Shown piece by piece: positions 29,902 to 41,165 of a stretch of 64,000 nucleotides of DNA. The DNA lies in NCBI GenBank assembly GCA_963793865.1, contig CAWCBP010000014.1:160001-224000 (forward strand), read 5' to 3'. Under the pieces are notes generated by a model. That model was not told where the DNA came from. It saw only the letters and a program-made list of their open reading frames with translations, and made no database searches. Source of the DNA: an uncultured delta proteobacterium. GTDB taxonomy: Bacteria; Desulfobacterota; WTBG01. A program made the position numbers and the translations under genes. Position 1 is the first letter of the stretch; the number at the start of each line of letters is the position of its first letter.

Positions 29902-32900
29902 CTAGTCGAGAGGCGCTTTCTGTTTGCCTGGTGGTACTATCAGGTTTTGGCATAAAGCCTCAACCAGTTCTTCCCCGGGAAGGTCACGATAAATCCCGAA
30001 TTCATCTTCCGGGGTGGGACTCACTCCGCGCAGAAAGATGTAGAACACCCCGCCAAAATGGTCCCGGTAGCGGTATCCCGGGAGCCTTTTTTTCAGGTAC
30101 TGGTGGAGGGCCAGCACATACAGGTTGGACTGGAGCAGGTAAAAGCGCTCTTCCATCTCTGCGGCCATTCGTTCTCGGGTGTAATCTTCAACACTGTTGC
30201 CAAGGTAATTGGATTTCCAGTCCACGATATAAAACCGCTCCTTGAATCGGAAGACCAGGTCGATGAATCCTTTCATGAAACCCCGTGCCGGTGAAAAGGC
30301 AAGCTCCCCGATCCGCTCCGGAAAATGAGGGGAGACATTTTTGCTGCCGTGGTTTGCGAAGATCCTGCCCAGCGTGTCAGGTGTTATCGGCTGAAGCGGA
30401 AAGTAGAACTCAAGCTCGCTCAGCCGGTCATCCTTCCGGACCAGGGACAGGGTAAGCCTATTTCCCGACGGCTGCAGATGTGCGTTCAGCACCCGGGTGA
30501 TCATCGCCACCAGTGTATCTTCCCAGCGTGCTTCAAACCTGTATTCCCCGAGCTTCCCCGACACTGCTTTTTTGATTTCGGTGCGATCATCCTTCGCAAA
30601 ATCCAGAACCTCAAAAATTTCATGCAGGAGGCTCCCGGCTCCGGCCCCTTTGGGAAACGCGAATATGGACAAAGGATCCATATCCAGCACCGGTTCATCC
30701 TGCACAAACATCCGGTCGTGATCGGGGGTGTCGAGTACCGCGGCGGCTTGAAGGATCGGTCGATCCCCTGCCTTCGAGATGAGGCCGGAAAAACTGGCTA
30801 TCCGCCATTCTCGGCTGATAGTGCCGGAAAAGTTCCGGCAGGTTAGTGCTTCACTATCCTTTTCAGCCGGGGGAACTTCTTCCCCCGAATCCACGGGCAT
30901 GTCCGAAAGAACGATAGTACCCTTTGATGTGCGAGACAGTCTTTCCAAATCGTGACGGATGGTTTGACGATCCATCTCTGTGAAGTGACTGTCTGTAGCC
31001 TCGAGCAGATTCTCTGCCGATCCCGCAGGCGGGTGGAGGATGTAGGCCATGGAGGACGTCCCGGCATCCTTGAAATTTCCCCAGACGAGGTAGCATCGGT
31101 TCCTGGCCCTGGTGAGGGAAACATAGAGGAGGCGCAGATTTTCAGCAAGCGCCTCCTTTTCGGCTGATACCCTGTTCGAGCTTCCTTCCGGGTCGATAAC
31201 CAGCTTGAGCTTCGCGTCATCATTTTCGTCATGAAAGGCAAAAACTTCATTGGTCTTGATTCGTGACCCGCTCCAGTTAAAGGGGCAGAAGACAATGGGG
31301 TATTCCAGCCCCTTGCTTTTATGAATGGTCACGATTTTTACCGCGTTGGCGTCACTTTCCAACCGAAGCTGGTGTTCTTCCATCCGCGGTGATTCCGGGT
31401 CCCGCTGGCAGGCCAGCCATTTCAGGAGACCCGCCATACCCAGCTTTTCTTCAGTGGCCGTTTGATGAAGAACCTCGGACAGATGGAGCACGTTGGTGAG
31501 CCTTCTTTCTCCATTGGGAAGAGAAAGGAGCCGGGATCGCACCCGTTCCCTGAGCAGGAAAGAGCGGAACATGCGGATGAAACCGAAGCCGTTCCACAAG
31601 TCATGATATTCATGAAAACGGTTCAGGGCGGCCTCCCACCCCGCTTCATCACGCTGGAGCCGCTCGATCTCTTCGCCGCTCACCCCCATCATATCCGTTG
31701 CCAGCGCCCCCCTGATGAGGCCCTCACGATTCGGGTTGATGATTCCCTCCAGCACCCGGTTCATCTCCGCCGCTTCGTCGGTATCAAAAAGATTTCCAGT
31801 GCTGTAGAGGACGCTGGGTATCCTCAGTTTGGACAGCGCCTTTTGCATGAGCTGCGCTTCCCGATTGGAACGCGTGAGCACCGCTATGTCGGCTTCGCGG
31901 AGAGCATCGTCGCCTATGCGCGCCTTCCCGCTCCTGCCCAGATGAATAAGGCGTGCTATTTCCCCGGCAACAGCCTCGGGAATGCGTTTGTTGGCAAATC
32001 CTTTCTTGATGAAGCCGTTATTATCTGTCTCTTCGGCATCAACAAACCAGAGATGGAAGGGGGGGCAGAGTCATCATCAATTGTCAATAGCGCATGGTCT
32101 TTTCCTTTGCCCGGAACCGCTGGTTCAAACGGAATCTCCCGGTACAGGAAGGGATTGGTCCCGTTTGAAAAGATGGTGTTGACCGCTTTGATCAGACCGG
32201 GTTCAGAGCGCCAGTTGCGTGTGAGGGTGTATCTGGAGTCTACCTGGCCGGCGGCCTTCATGTAGGCGAAGAGGTCAGCGCCGCGGAAGCTGTAAATGGC
32301 CTGCTTGGGGTCCCCGATCAGGAACAAAATGGATTCATCTTTTCCGAATACATTGTTGAAAATGGCATATTGCACCGGGTCGGTATCCTGGAATTCATCG
32401 ATCAGCGCCGCCTTGTAGCGCCTCCTGATTGTCTCCGAAAGCTCACCACCGCCGGCAGCAGCCAGCGATTGGTGCAACCGGGTCAGCAGGTCATCGAAGA
32501 ACTGGATATTTCTTCTCTGCTTCCGTGCCGGAAGCTCATGCTTGACGAATCTGAATATCTCCCCTTTGAGATAAAGAAGATGCCGGTCCATCGCTGCCTT
32601 AAGCACCGCCTCAGCCTTTTGCAGATCATCACAGAGTTCAAAAAAGGTGATGCCGGGGCGGCGTGTTTCCTCTTTTTGTCTTCTTTTCCAGTTCAGCAAG
32701 GGTAAATTTCCCGAACTTATCAGGCAGGGGAATAGGCGGGAGCGCCCCGTCCACATAGGCATCCATCATCTCCATGTATGAGGGCAGATGCTTTGTGTAG
32801 TCAGCATACAGTCCCGGATGCTTAAGTTGTGCCTCAACCTCCTCTCTTCCCGAGCGCCAGGCTGCCTGCAGCTTCTCATATACCCTTCTAAACGGCTCAA

Positions 32901-33546
32901 CATCAATCTCTGTCGCACGGAGGACTTCGGGGATTATTGCAACATCGAGGTGGGTTCTTCCTTTATTGATCAGATCCATGAAAAAGTCCGGCCCGAATTT
33001 TTTGCTCAGGGCGTAACCGACAAACTCCACCGGTGCGGTGTAGAAATGGCGGCGCCAGAAATCGCGGGCGATTTCCTCCAGAATGCCGGCTGTTTGCTCT
33101 GGTTCCAGCTCGGTATCGAAGAGGCTCCCGCTCTCAAAGGCGCTTTCATGGAGGGTGCGCTGGCAGAATCCATGAATGGTGAATATGGAGGCCTCGTCAA
33201 AGTCGTGCAGCGCCGCGCGAAGCAGGTTTATGGCGTCCTTCGCGTCCCCGGTTTTTTGAACCAGCCCTTTTATAAACGGGTCGGTGCTGCCACCCCGGGA
33301 ATAGGCATCCAGTGCTTCCCGGATCTTTTTCCTGATACGGTCGCGCAGCTCCTCGGTCGCGGCGACCGTATAGGTCACCACCAGGATGTCATTCACCGTG
33401 AGCCGCGTCTCGAGGATGAGGCGCAGGAACAGGCAGGTAATGGTATAGGTCTTGCCGGTCCCGGCGCTTGCCTCGATGAGGTTGGTTCCGCGCAGAGGGC
33501 TTTCAAGCAGCTTCAGTTCCTGCAGTGCTTCTGTATGGCCGGGCAT
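29902..33546 (-). CDS. recB: Exodeoxyribonuclease V beta subunit, split into three ORFs by two homopolymer frameshifts
   Basis: IEASAGTGKT, IDEFQDTD, TIHKSKGLEY, nuclease GFIDL..VDWKSN; breaks at an A-run near 32641 and a G-run near 32060; ATG overlaps the recC TAA. Confidence 0.93.
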
Positions 33547-36500
33547 TACCTGATCCTCACCTCGCATTCCATAAGCGGCTGGAAAATTTTTTTCGCGAGT
33601 TCTTCGAACGGTTCATCCAGGGGATCGGTGTGCTTGAAACAAAGCCGGAAATAAGGGTCCCTGGATTCAGCCATGCCGCCAAAATCGCTTCCTTCCCACT
33701 CTTTCCTGGCCGCACGCAACGCTTCCCCGGGCTCCTTGCGCTTCAGGTAAAGGGCTTCCGCGTAGGCAAAGGACGACCGGGGGAAAAAATGAATGGGTTC
33801 GCTCAGCCCCTGCCGGTAAACGTGGAGCAGTTCCTCCAACAGGATGCCGCTTTCATTGACCTGAACATACCTGTAGTCTTCATCTTTGCAGGCAAGGATT
33901 GAGCTTAAGGGGTAGTTCTCTTTATGAAGGTTGTGCACGACGAGATGATGAACCCAGATTATCAGGCGGTCCTTCGGCTTCACATCCGCGTAGCGGAACT
34001 GCAGAAGTCCATTGCCGTAGATGTTTCCAATGCATCCCTTCAGCCGGAAATTACCGCATTGCAGTTCGACCTGGAGAGGGGCAAGCGGGTCTCCTTTTCT
34101 GTGAGAGGCGAGGCGTTTAACAAATGATTCGACGCCGCGGCAGGTTTCGCGAAAATAAAGTTCCCCGGGCACACCATGGGGGAGCTGCCCGGATGCCCTG
34201 ATTGCCGGGAATGAATCCTTAAGCATGCCCTTTTGAAACATCCTTTCTACCAGTTCCTGTTCGAGACCGTACTTTTCCAGGCCTTTTACCTCGAAGGGTT
34301 CCGTCTCATCAAACAGCGCCTCATCTTCATTCAGGTAGATGCCCAGCCGCTCATTGAGAAGAAACTTGGCCGGATTGGCCAGGAATCGACAGAGCTGATT
34401 TACATCAATTGTCATCCACTCTTCAGAAGTTTCAGGGAGTGCGCGGGTGATGAAGCACCTTTCCTGTCTGTTTAAATCCATCATCTGTTGTGCGGCTTCG
34501 CAATTTTCCCGGGAATAGCTTATCAATCCTTTTGCCACGGAATGATGCTGCGATTTGCCATCATCCCTGAAATAGTCCGGGTTGAAGGCCTGCAGCCGGT
34601 GTTCGGTAACGATGTGCTGCCGGATAGTTCCCCCCGGCACTGCAAACCCTTCTTCAATGTAATCCAGAAGCTCGCTTACCAGGACCGAGGGAGGCCGGAT
34701 GCTGTTGTCCTGGATATTCCGCCCCATGTAGCTGATGTGCAGTTTATCCCTCACGGAAAGAATGGCTTCCAGGAAGAGGTAGCGGTCATCCTTGCGGCGG
34801 GACCTGTCGCCGGGCAGGGGGTTCCTGGCAATGAGGTCAAACCCCAGAGGTTTCGTCTGCCGGGGATAGGCATCATCGTTCATTCCCAGGAGGCAAATGA
34901 CACGGAATGGTATGCTTCTCATGGGAAGCATGGCGCAGAAGGTCACGCCGCCGGTGAGGAACCCGTGCCCGAAACCCTCTTGTTCAAGCAGCGAAGAAAG
35001 GTGCGATGTGATTACATCCAGAGGCACCTTTGTTTCAAATCCTGAGAGTTCCTGTTTGCTGCCGAGATCATGCAGAACCCGCCGGATGTATGTCATGTCC
35101 TGTTCCGTTTCATCATCCGCCTGGAAAAATGTATCGAGAACCGCTGATAAAAAATCCCCCCATTCCTTAAGACTTCTTTGCGTGCCGAGATCCCTGGCAA
35201 GAACAAACAGGCGTTCACAAAAGTCCATAAAATTGCCCAGGACCGCGGCGTCTCCTCCCTCGATCTTGTCGTAGGGAAGAATTTCGTTGTAGATGTTTTC
35301 TCCCCGGCCGGGCATGGCATAGCCGAGGAGCATCCTTTCCAGACCCGCCCTCCAGGTGTTTTCAGTGAACGGGGGAAGGCCTAGATCCTTTTTCCCTTCC
35401 CCGTCAACTCCCCAGCAGATACGGGTTTCACGGACCCACCGGTCAATCAAATCAAGGTCATTGCCGGATAAGTTAAACCGCTTTATAACCCAAGGGGAAT
35501 CAAGCAGGGCCATAACCTGGGTAGCGCCAAAGCGGCTTCCGTGAAACTCGAAGAGAGAAAGGAACGTGTCAGCCAGCTGGCTCTCCTGCCGGACACCCCG
35601 GTCTGCGATGCTGAATGGAATAAAGCGGGGATCGTCGGGAGGAACCGAGAATACCGCTTGGATAAACGGGGCATAGGTCCCGATGTCCGGGGTCATGATT
35701 ATAACGTCTTTGGGGAGAAGGGTTAAATCCCCTTCAAAGAGTGACAGGAGCCGGTCCTGCAGGACCTCAACTTCCCTCATGGGACTATGGCAGGAGTGAA
35801 TCCGGATTGAATCGTCAGCTTCGGCAAGAATTCTTTTCTCAGGGTCAGCGGAAGAACCGTCCCGGAGATTGAGAATATCATCATGGATGATGGAAATCAG
35901 GCTTTTACCTGAAGGTTCCGCAAAATGGTCGTGCTGAACCACTTCATAAATTTGGATCAGCTCGAAGAAATCCCGGCCCAGCATACCCATGGAGTTGAGC
36001 AGGGCATTTCCCTGTTCCAGATAAAGGTCCTCTTCCCTGACGTCCTTTGTCCGCTCCTTTTCCCGGATTTTCCTCTTTTCTCGGCGGGTGAGCAGGTCGC
36101 CCCAGTATTCCCTGCAGGGGTTCATCAGGAAAAGGTTTACCTGGATCAACTGTGAAACAGCGGCGAGAATCTCTACGTGATAGGGCGGCAGGGCGGAGAT
36201 GCCGAAAACCGATATCCTTTCCGGCAGGGTCTGCAGTTGCAAACCCGGTCTTTTGATCTCTTCAAACAGAATTGCCTTGAGGGCCGCACGGTGATTCTGT
36301 TTCAGTCCTTTTTCTATCTCCCGCCAGAGGATTGCCTGCCACTGGTTATCCCGGCCTTTGTCCCAGCCGAGGATTATCTCCGGCCTGAAGAGGAGGTATT
36401 GATCATAGAGTTCGGCAATGCGCCGGGACAACTGGAAGCGCTTAAGATCTGCGACTTCACCTGAAAGATAGTTGCCCAGGCTTTCGAAGCACTTCGCATT

Positions 36501-36812
36501 GACAAGGCGCGGCAGCGCTTCCATGATCTTCCAGGTCATGATCTCCGGAGAGAAGGGCGAGGTTTCTTCCAGATCAGGGATGAGCTCACGGAAAACCCGG
36601 TAGGCAAAATGGTTGGGGAAGGGAAACCGGCAGTTGGCGCAGATGCCGTTGTGCCGCGCCAATTCCATGGAGACCCACCGTTCCATTCCCTTGCTCTGGA
36701 CGAGAATTATCTCCGGCTGCAACGGTGAGGCGAGGGGAGTGCTTACAACCTGAGCAAGCTTCTCAGCCAGAATTTCCAGGCGGTTGCTAGTATAAAGGGT
36801 TAGGCCGGGCAT
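33546..36812 (-). CDS. recC: Exodeoxyribonuclease V gamma subunit
   Basis: SNRLEIL, VQSKGMERW, NPCREYW, CHSPMREVEVL, PMRSIPF, DDRYLFLEA. Confidence 0.95.
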   Translation of the reverse strand: MPGLTLYTSNRLEILAEKLAQVVSTPLASPLQPEIILVQSKGMERWVSMELARHNGICANCRFPFPNHFAYRVFRELIPDLEETSPFSPEIMTWKIMEALPRLVNAKCFESLGNYLSGEVADLKRFQLSRRIAELYDQYLLFRPEIILGWDKGRDNQWQAILWREIEKGLKQNHRAALKAILFEEIKRPGLQLQTLPERISVFGISALPPYHVEILAAVSQLIQVNLFLMNPCREYWGDLLTRREKRKIREKERTKDVREEDLYLEQGNALLNSMGMLGRDFFELIQIYEVVQHDHFAEPSGKSLISIIHDDILNLRDGSSADPEKRILAEADDSIRIHSCHSPMREVEVLQDRLLSLFEGDLTLLPKDVIIMTPDIGTYAPFIQAVFSVPPDDPRFIPFSIADRGVRQESQLADTFLSLFEFHGSRFGATQVMALLDSPWVIKRFNLSGNDLDLIDRWVRETRICWGVDGEGKKDLGLPPFTENTWRAGLERMLLGYAMPGRGENIYNEILPYDKIEGGDAAVLGNFMDFCERLFVLARDLGTQRSLKEWGDFLSAVLDTFFQADDETEQDMTYIRRVLHDLGSKQELSGFETKVPLDVITSHLSSLLEQEGFGHGFLTGGVTFCAMLPMRSIPFRVICLLGMNDDAYPRQTKPLGFDLIARNPLPGDRSRRKDDRYLFLEAILSVRDKLHISYMGRNIQDNSIRPPSVLVSELLDYIEEGFAVPGGTIRQHIVTEHRLQAFNPDYFRDDGKSQHHSVAKGLISYSRENCEAAQQMMDLNRQERCFITRALPETSEEWMTIDVNQLCRFLANPAKFLLNERLGIYLNEDEALFDETEPFEVKGLEKYGLEQELVERMFQKGMLKDSFPAIRASGQLPHGVPGELYFRETCRGVESFVKRLASHRKGDPLAPLQVELQCGNFRLKGCIGNIYGNGLLQFRYADVKPKDRLIIWVHHLVVHNLHKENYPLSSILACKDEDYRYVQVNESGILLEELLHVYRQGLSEPIHFFPRSSFAYAEALYLKRKEPGEALRAARKEWEGSDFGGMAESRDPYFRLCFKHTDPLDEPFEELAKKIFQPLMECEVRIR

Positions 36813-37113
36813 TGTGTGCACACGAGTAACGGGCTTGGGAAGAGAACGCTATGATAAAACTTTTCCCTGCTTTCTTGTATGAAAAGGATACTAGTAAAAT
36901 TAGCAACGGGTGTCAACCAGGAGCTGATCACAGTATAGCACGCAGGTATGCCGGAACGGGTCATTCCGGTTAGAATGAAAAATTGTGGATAATCTGCCTG
37001 TGTGAAGCTGTGCATGGTTTTAATGACAAACTGCAGCAGGAAGGAAGGGAAGGAACATTACGCCCGACGGTTTGGTATGTACGCTTGATTTTTGAAGGCA
37101 GCTAAGGGCAGGT

Positions 37114-37152
37114 ATGGCAAAACAAGCGGAACTCGATGCGCCTGGCACGCAA
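37114..37152 (+). pseudogene. Possible N-terminal relic of a REP-associated tyrosine transposase
   Basis: Translates MAKQAELDAPGTQ, similar to the MPRxARxDAPG start of RAYT proteins; nothing recognisable follows. Confidence 0.3.
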
Positions 37153-37459
37153 GTTGTCTGTTCACCTCTTTCGTTGATCTATAAGCAGGAAATCAAAAAT
37201 TTCAACGTTACAGAACCAATCTCAAACTGAAAATCTGCTGAGCACTACTGTTGCCGATTGCAAGAAAGGTTGAAAACCCCGATAACGCAGGTTACATACT
37301 GTAGTGGAAACTATTCGTGCCTTGAGATTCTTGCCCATATTTGTAGAACTTGAATATTTCCTTCAATCATAGCACCGCTACATTTTGTGCCTGGCATATA
37401 TAGAACAAGCCCCTCGGATTTGTTCCCGAGAGGCTTTGCTAGTCTAAAGGATACATTCA

Positions 37460-38956
37460 TTATGGTAATGGATAACTACACCACTCCACCCCAGTTACAC
37501 ATGAAGGGCATGGGTTCTGTAATGAACTGCGGCCGAAGTCTGCTTTGAAAAGAGCAGCGTCAGTCCCATCAGCATCACCATCGCAGTTGAAGTCACCGCG
37601 GCAGGGATCAAAAGCAGTGCATTGATAATGGGCAATACTTCTGCCAAAGTGATATTTGAACATTGATGCATCGGTGCCATCTACATCACCGTCACACATG
37701 AAGTCAGCTTCACACTCACAGGCATCGCCTATGCCGTTGCCCTGTGGGGGAAAGGAGTCTGATTGATCAGGGTTGGAAGTGGTGAGGCAGTTATCACACG
37801 CAGCATCAATTCCATCACCATCCGGGTCTATGGTGTCGGCGTCACAAATATCTCCTGTCCCGTCATTATCACAGTCAATTTGAAATGGATTATAACCATT
37901 GGGACAGCTATCAACATCGTCACATACGGTATCTCCGTCTGAATCACCCCATGACCCACAATATCCGCCCCGAACCGCCCGCACATACCCGAAAGACGAC
38001 TTATCGTCTTCGTCGACGCGGCAACTGCTGAAATGGACTGACCAGGCGCCATCCGGATACCTATTGTAAGTAGTAGACGACCAGTAGGTGGACCTTACGA
38101 TACTAAACAGAGGATCAATGGAAGAATCATATGTGTTATAATCTACGATAGATTGTAGTTCATTTCTATTCGGCAAACGCCAGTCATGGTAATCCGCAAG
38201 AGAGATGCTTTCACAGTATAAGAGTGCCTGTTGCCAGGTATAGGTGCCCGGTGCAGTATCTTTTTGCCACATAAGACCGGTAGCGGTGTCAGTTACGGTT
38301 CCGTTGTCATTGTCAACAAAATTACCAAATGATCCAGACTGTCCCCCGCGAACCGCCTGTACGCAGAAGCTATTCGACTTATTGCCGTCGTCGACGAGGC
38401 CATTGCTGAAACGGACGACCCAGGCCATGTACAGAACGCCAGCGATAGTAGTTGACGACCAGTAGTCGAACGACCGAGTATTGGGGAAATAGACGGTATC
38501 TATCGTCGGCCCGGGATAAGGTATGCTGCTGTCTAAAATACTTGAAAGCTCTTTAACTGTTGGCATACGCCAGTCAGAATACCCACCAAACTGAGTTGAA
38601 TTTAGAGTTGCAATGAATATATCTTGAGCATTCCACCAAACGTATGTATTGTCTTTATCATGAATTGACCCATCATCTGTCTTTACCTCCCAAATCAATC
38701 CGGTCACATTGTCCCTTACCATTGCCCACTCATTAGCGTCATGGGGTAGGTCATCTCCGATTAAATCAAGTTTGGTAAATGAATGTGGATTGGCTATGTA
38801 TTGAGCATCTTGCCCATAGAAAGGTTCACCTGGATTGGGGCAGGTAATCTCCTGAGTGTTATCATAGCATTTAGTCTGCCCTGTGTCGGGAACGGGCGTA
38901 GCTAGTGCTATACACGGTAAAGCCAGTAATAGTGTGCAAATTAATAATGTTTTTAT
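37460..38956 (-). CDS. Secreted protein: two DUF1566 (Lcl C-terminal, C-type lectin fold) domains, thrombospondin type 3 repeats, dockerin-like tail; ATA/ATT start
   Basis: Frame open 78 codons upstream of ATG 38722, giving a signal peptide and VPDTGQTKCYD..GQDAQY; DNVTGLIWE..DWRMP..YWSST occurs twice. Confidence 0.88.
   Translation of the reverse strand: MKTLLICTLLLALPCIALATPVPDTGQTKCYDNTQEITCPNPGEPFYGQDAQYIANPHSFTKLDLIGDDLPHDANEWAMVRDNVTGLIWEVKTDDGSIHDKDNTYVWWNAQDIFIATLNSTQFGGYSDWRMPTVKELSSILDSSIPYPGPTIDTVYFPNTRSFDYWSSTTIAGVLYMAWVVRFSNGLVDDGNKSNSFCVQAVRGGQSGSFGNFVDNDNGTVTDTATGLMWQKDTAPGTYTWQQALLYCESISLADYHDWRLPNRNELQSIVDYNTYDSSIDPLFSIVRSTYWSSTTYNRYPDGAWSVHFSSCRVDEDDKSSFGYVRAVRGGYCGSWGDSDGDTVCDDVDSCPNGYNPFQIDCDNDGTGDICDADTIDPDGDGIDAACDNCLTTSNPDQSDSFPPQGNGIGDACECEADFMCDGDVDGTDASMFKYHFGRSIAHYQCTAFDPCRGDFNCDGDADGTDAALFKADFGRSSLQNPCPSCVTGVEWCSYPLP
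37964..38086 (-). repeat. Candidate DGR variable repeat VR2
   Basis: Ungapped 123-nt match to 38342-38464, with differences mostly at codon positions 1-2. Confidence 0.6.
38342..38464 (-). repeat. Candidate DGR variable repeat VR1
   Basis: TACTGGTCGTC..GCCTGG..AATAAGTCG..GCGGTTCGCGG scaffold with NNC/NNT codons. Confidence 0.6.
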
Positions 38957-39026
38957 AATGCCCTCCTTGAAGACAACTAACTAATACTCACACCACGCTA
39001 TCCCTGATGCACAAGCAGGGCATGGG

Positions 39027-41165
39027 TTAATTGGAAACCAAGGCCGTCACCGTATCACATCCGCTATACCAGCAATATTCAATCGTATACTCACCGGGTT
39101 CAACACCATCAATCTCTGATTCAATGGTATAACAACACAGGCAACGGCATACCGGGGGAATTTCCCTTTCTGTTAATCGCAAAATGTTCCCATCAACAGT
39201 CAATGTAACAGCTATATCTTGAGGACAACAGGTGTAAGAGGCGTTGAAGTGGGTAATGTGGATGGTATCTCCTACACTTTCTGCCACAATTTCATCATCA
39301 CCACAACGATTGTATTCCGCTTCAAACTCCATAAAACTACCAAGACAGCCGCTGTTTGAATACCCGCTAATAAAGGGTCCCTCATACCCACACCACGCTA
39401 CCCCAACCACACATGCAGGGCATGGATTCTGCATCGAACTGCGGCCGAAGTCTGCTTTGAAATGAGCAGCGTCAGTCCCATCAGCATCACCATCGCAGTT
39501 GAAGTCACCGTTGCAAGGGCTTTCGCCAGTACAGGGTTCTAATATTATACTTCTCCCGAAAGCTGCCTTGAATAAGGCTGCATCGCTACCATCAACATCG
39601 CTGTCGGTATCGCAGTTAAAGTTACCCTCGCAATCGCAGGCGTCCCCTATGCCGTTTCCCTGTGGAGGAAATGTATCTTCCTGATTCAAGCTGCAAATTC
39701 CATTAGCGCCGCATGCCGCATGAGCAATACAGGGGCTTCCTACCTTGCCTGAGGTGCAAGTTCCCAGATACGGCCCATTTGGCATATCAGAACAATTATC
39801 TCCATCAGCCAGGAATGAACTGCTGAGCATACTGCCTGCTATTGCCCCACCAGGATTGGACTCGACTCCATCTCCATCAATGTCATTGGGGTCTTCAAAG
39901 TAACAAAGGACTGATGTATCTACCACAATGTCTTGAGGTATAGTATCTGTATCAAAAACTGTGATTTGTGGCGATTCAACAGTCGCATTGGTATTCTGAA
40001 TGGTCATGTTAGCGGCAGATACTATTGCATGACTGTCACCGACGATATCACAACCGGGGACATCTCCATTACTATCAAGTTTCAATGTCATTACACCACT
40101 AGCATAGGAATCAGTGGAAACTGCCACAATGCTTCCTCCATCTGATGTATTCCCATGGTACACGATAGAGTCTTCATCAAATCCACCGTAAGTTTTTTCC
40201 CAAACAATTTCGCCATTGCTGTCAAGTTTCAATAGCCAACCATCATAATCGCCAGTACCATGAAATGACTTAGAACCTCCACTCACAGTATAATTTCCAT
40301 CTATGGTCTGTTGAATGAAATACCCCGTCTCATAATCATACCCACCATACGTTCTCTGCCAGACAACACTACCATTTCCATCGAGCTTCAGCACCCATAA
40401 ATCTTCGCTTTCAGCACCGCAGTTTATACAATTAGCTATTACAAATCCTCCATCTGAGGTCTGCTGGATAGATGGCTGGTCATTGTTCCTACCTCCATCA
40501 TATCTTTTCTGCCACGAAATATTTCCATCGTTATCTACCTTGAAGATCCAAATATCATAATCAGAAGCCCAGGTATGACCGGCCACAATATATCCTTCAT
40601 CATAAGTCTGTAAAACAGAAGATGGTTCCTGCAAATTGTCAAGACGATATGCCTTGCCCCAATTAATATTCCCCGTGCTGTCAAGCCTTAAAAGTATTAC
40701 ATCAGCCATATCTTGGCCTGCTGCGATATATCCCCCATCTGTCGTTTGTTGTATTGATTTAAACTGAACAATTCCATCATAAGCCTTCTGCCAGATAATG
40801 TTACCATTACCGTCGAGTTTCAATATCCATCCTCCGTAAGCATTAAGCGACATGGTACAACCTGCCACGATGTAACCTCCATCCGTAGTTCGCTGTATAG
40901 CATAAGCATCATTTATCCATGTAAAATAGCGATAGTTCTTCCGCCATGAAATATCCCCATTAACATCAAGTTTCATTACGAAGAGGTCGATAACTGAATG
41001 ATTCCCAGCAGCAATATACCCCCCATCTATGGTTTGCTTTGTACAATGAATCATATCTTGTTCACTTCCCCCATACGTCTTTATCCATTGCTGCGAAACA
41101 TGGCTGGCATACGAAGGAGTACCCAAAGCTATCAATACTGCAATGAATATAAATGTCTTTTTCAT
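39027..41165 (-). CDS. Secreted protein with beta-propeller-like QQTxDGGYIxAG repeats, dockerin-like module and an extra Cys-rich C-terminal domain
   Basis: Start reassigned to MKKTFIF (RBS AGGAGG); about 7 repeats ending LKLDxNGxIxWxK. Confidence 0.85.
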   Translation of the reverse strand: MKKTFIFIAVLIALGTPSYASHVSQQWIKTYGGSEQDMIHCTKQTIDGGYIAAGNHSVIDLFVMKLDVNGDISWRKNYRYFTWINDAYAIQRTTDGGYIVAGCTMSLNAYGGWILKLDGNGNIIWQKAYDGIVQFKSIQQTTDGGYIAAGQDMADVILLRLDSTGNINWGKAYRLDNLQEPSSVLQTYDEGYIVAGHTWASDYDIWIFKVDNDGNISWQKRYDGGRNNDQPSIQQTSDGGFVIANCINCGAESEDLWVLKLDGNGSVVWQRTYGGYDYETGYFIQQTIDGNYTVSGGSKSFHGTGDYDGWLLKLDSNGEIVWEKTYGGFDEDSIVYHGNTSDGGSIVAVSTDSYASGVMTLKLDSNGDVPGCDIVGDSHAIVSAANMTIQNTNATVESPQITVFDTDTIPQDIVVDTSVLCYFEDPNDIDGDGVESNPGGAIAGSMLSSSFLADGDNCSDMPNGPYLGTCTSGKVGSPCIAHAACGANGICSLNQEDTFPPQGNGIGDACDCEGNFNCDTDSDVDGSDAALFKAAFGRSIILEPCTGESPCNGDFNCDGDADGTDAAHFKADFGRSSMQNPCPACVVGVAWCGYEGPFISGYSNSGCLGSFMEFEAEYNRCGDDEIVAESVGDTIHITHFNASYTCCPQDIAVTLTVDGNILRLTEREIPPVCRCLCCYTIESEIDGVEPGEYTIEYCWYSGCDTVTALVSN

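Noticed and set aside
29902..33546. Split recB as real inactivation or programmed frameshifting
   Set aside because: Both breaks are single-base indels in homopolymers and all motifs are intact; the same pattern affects many genes here, so sequencing error is likelier. Reads are needed to confirm.
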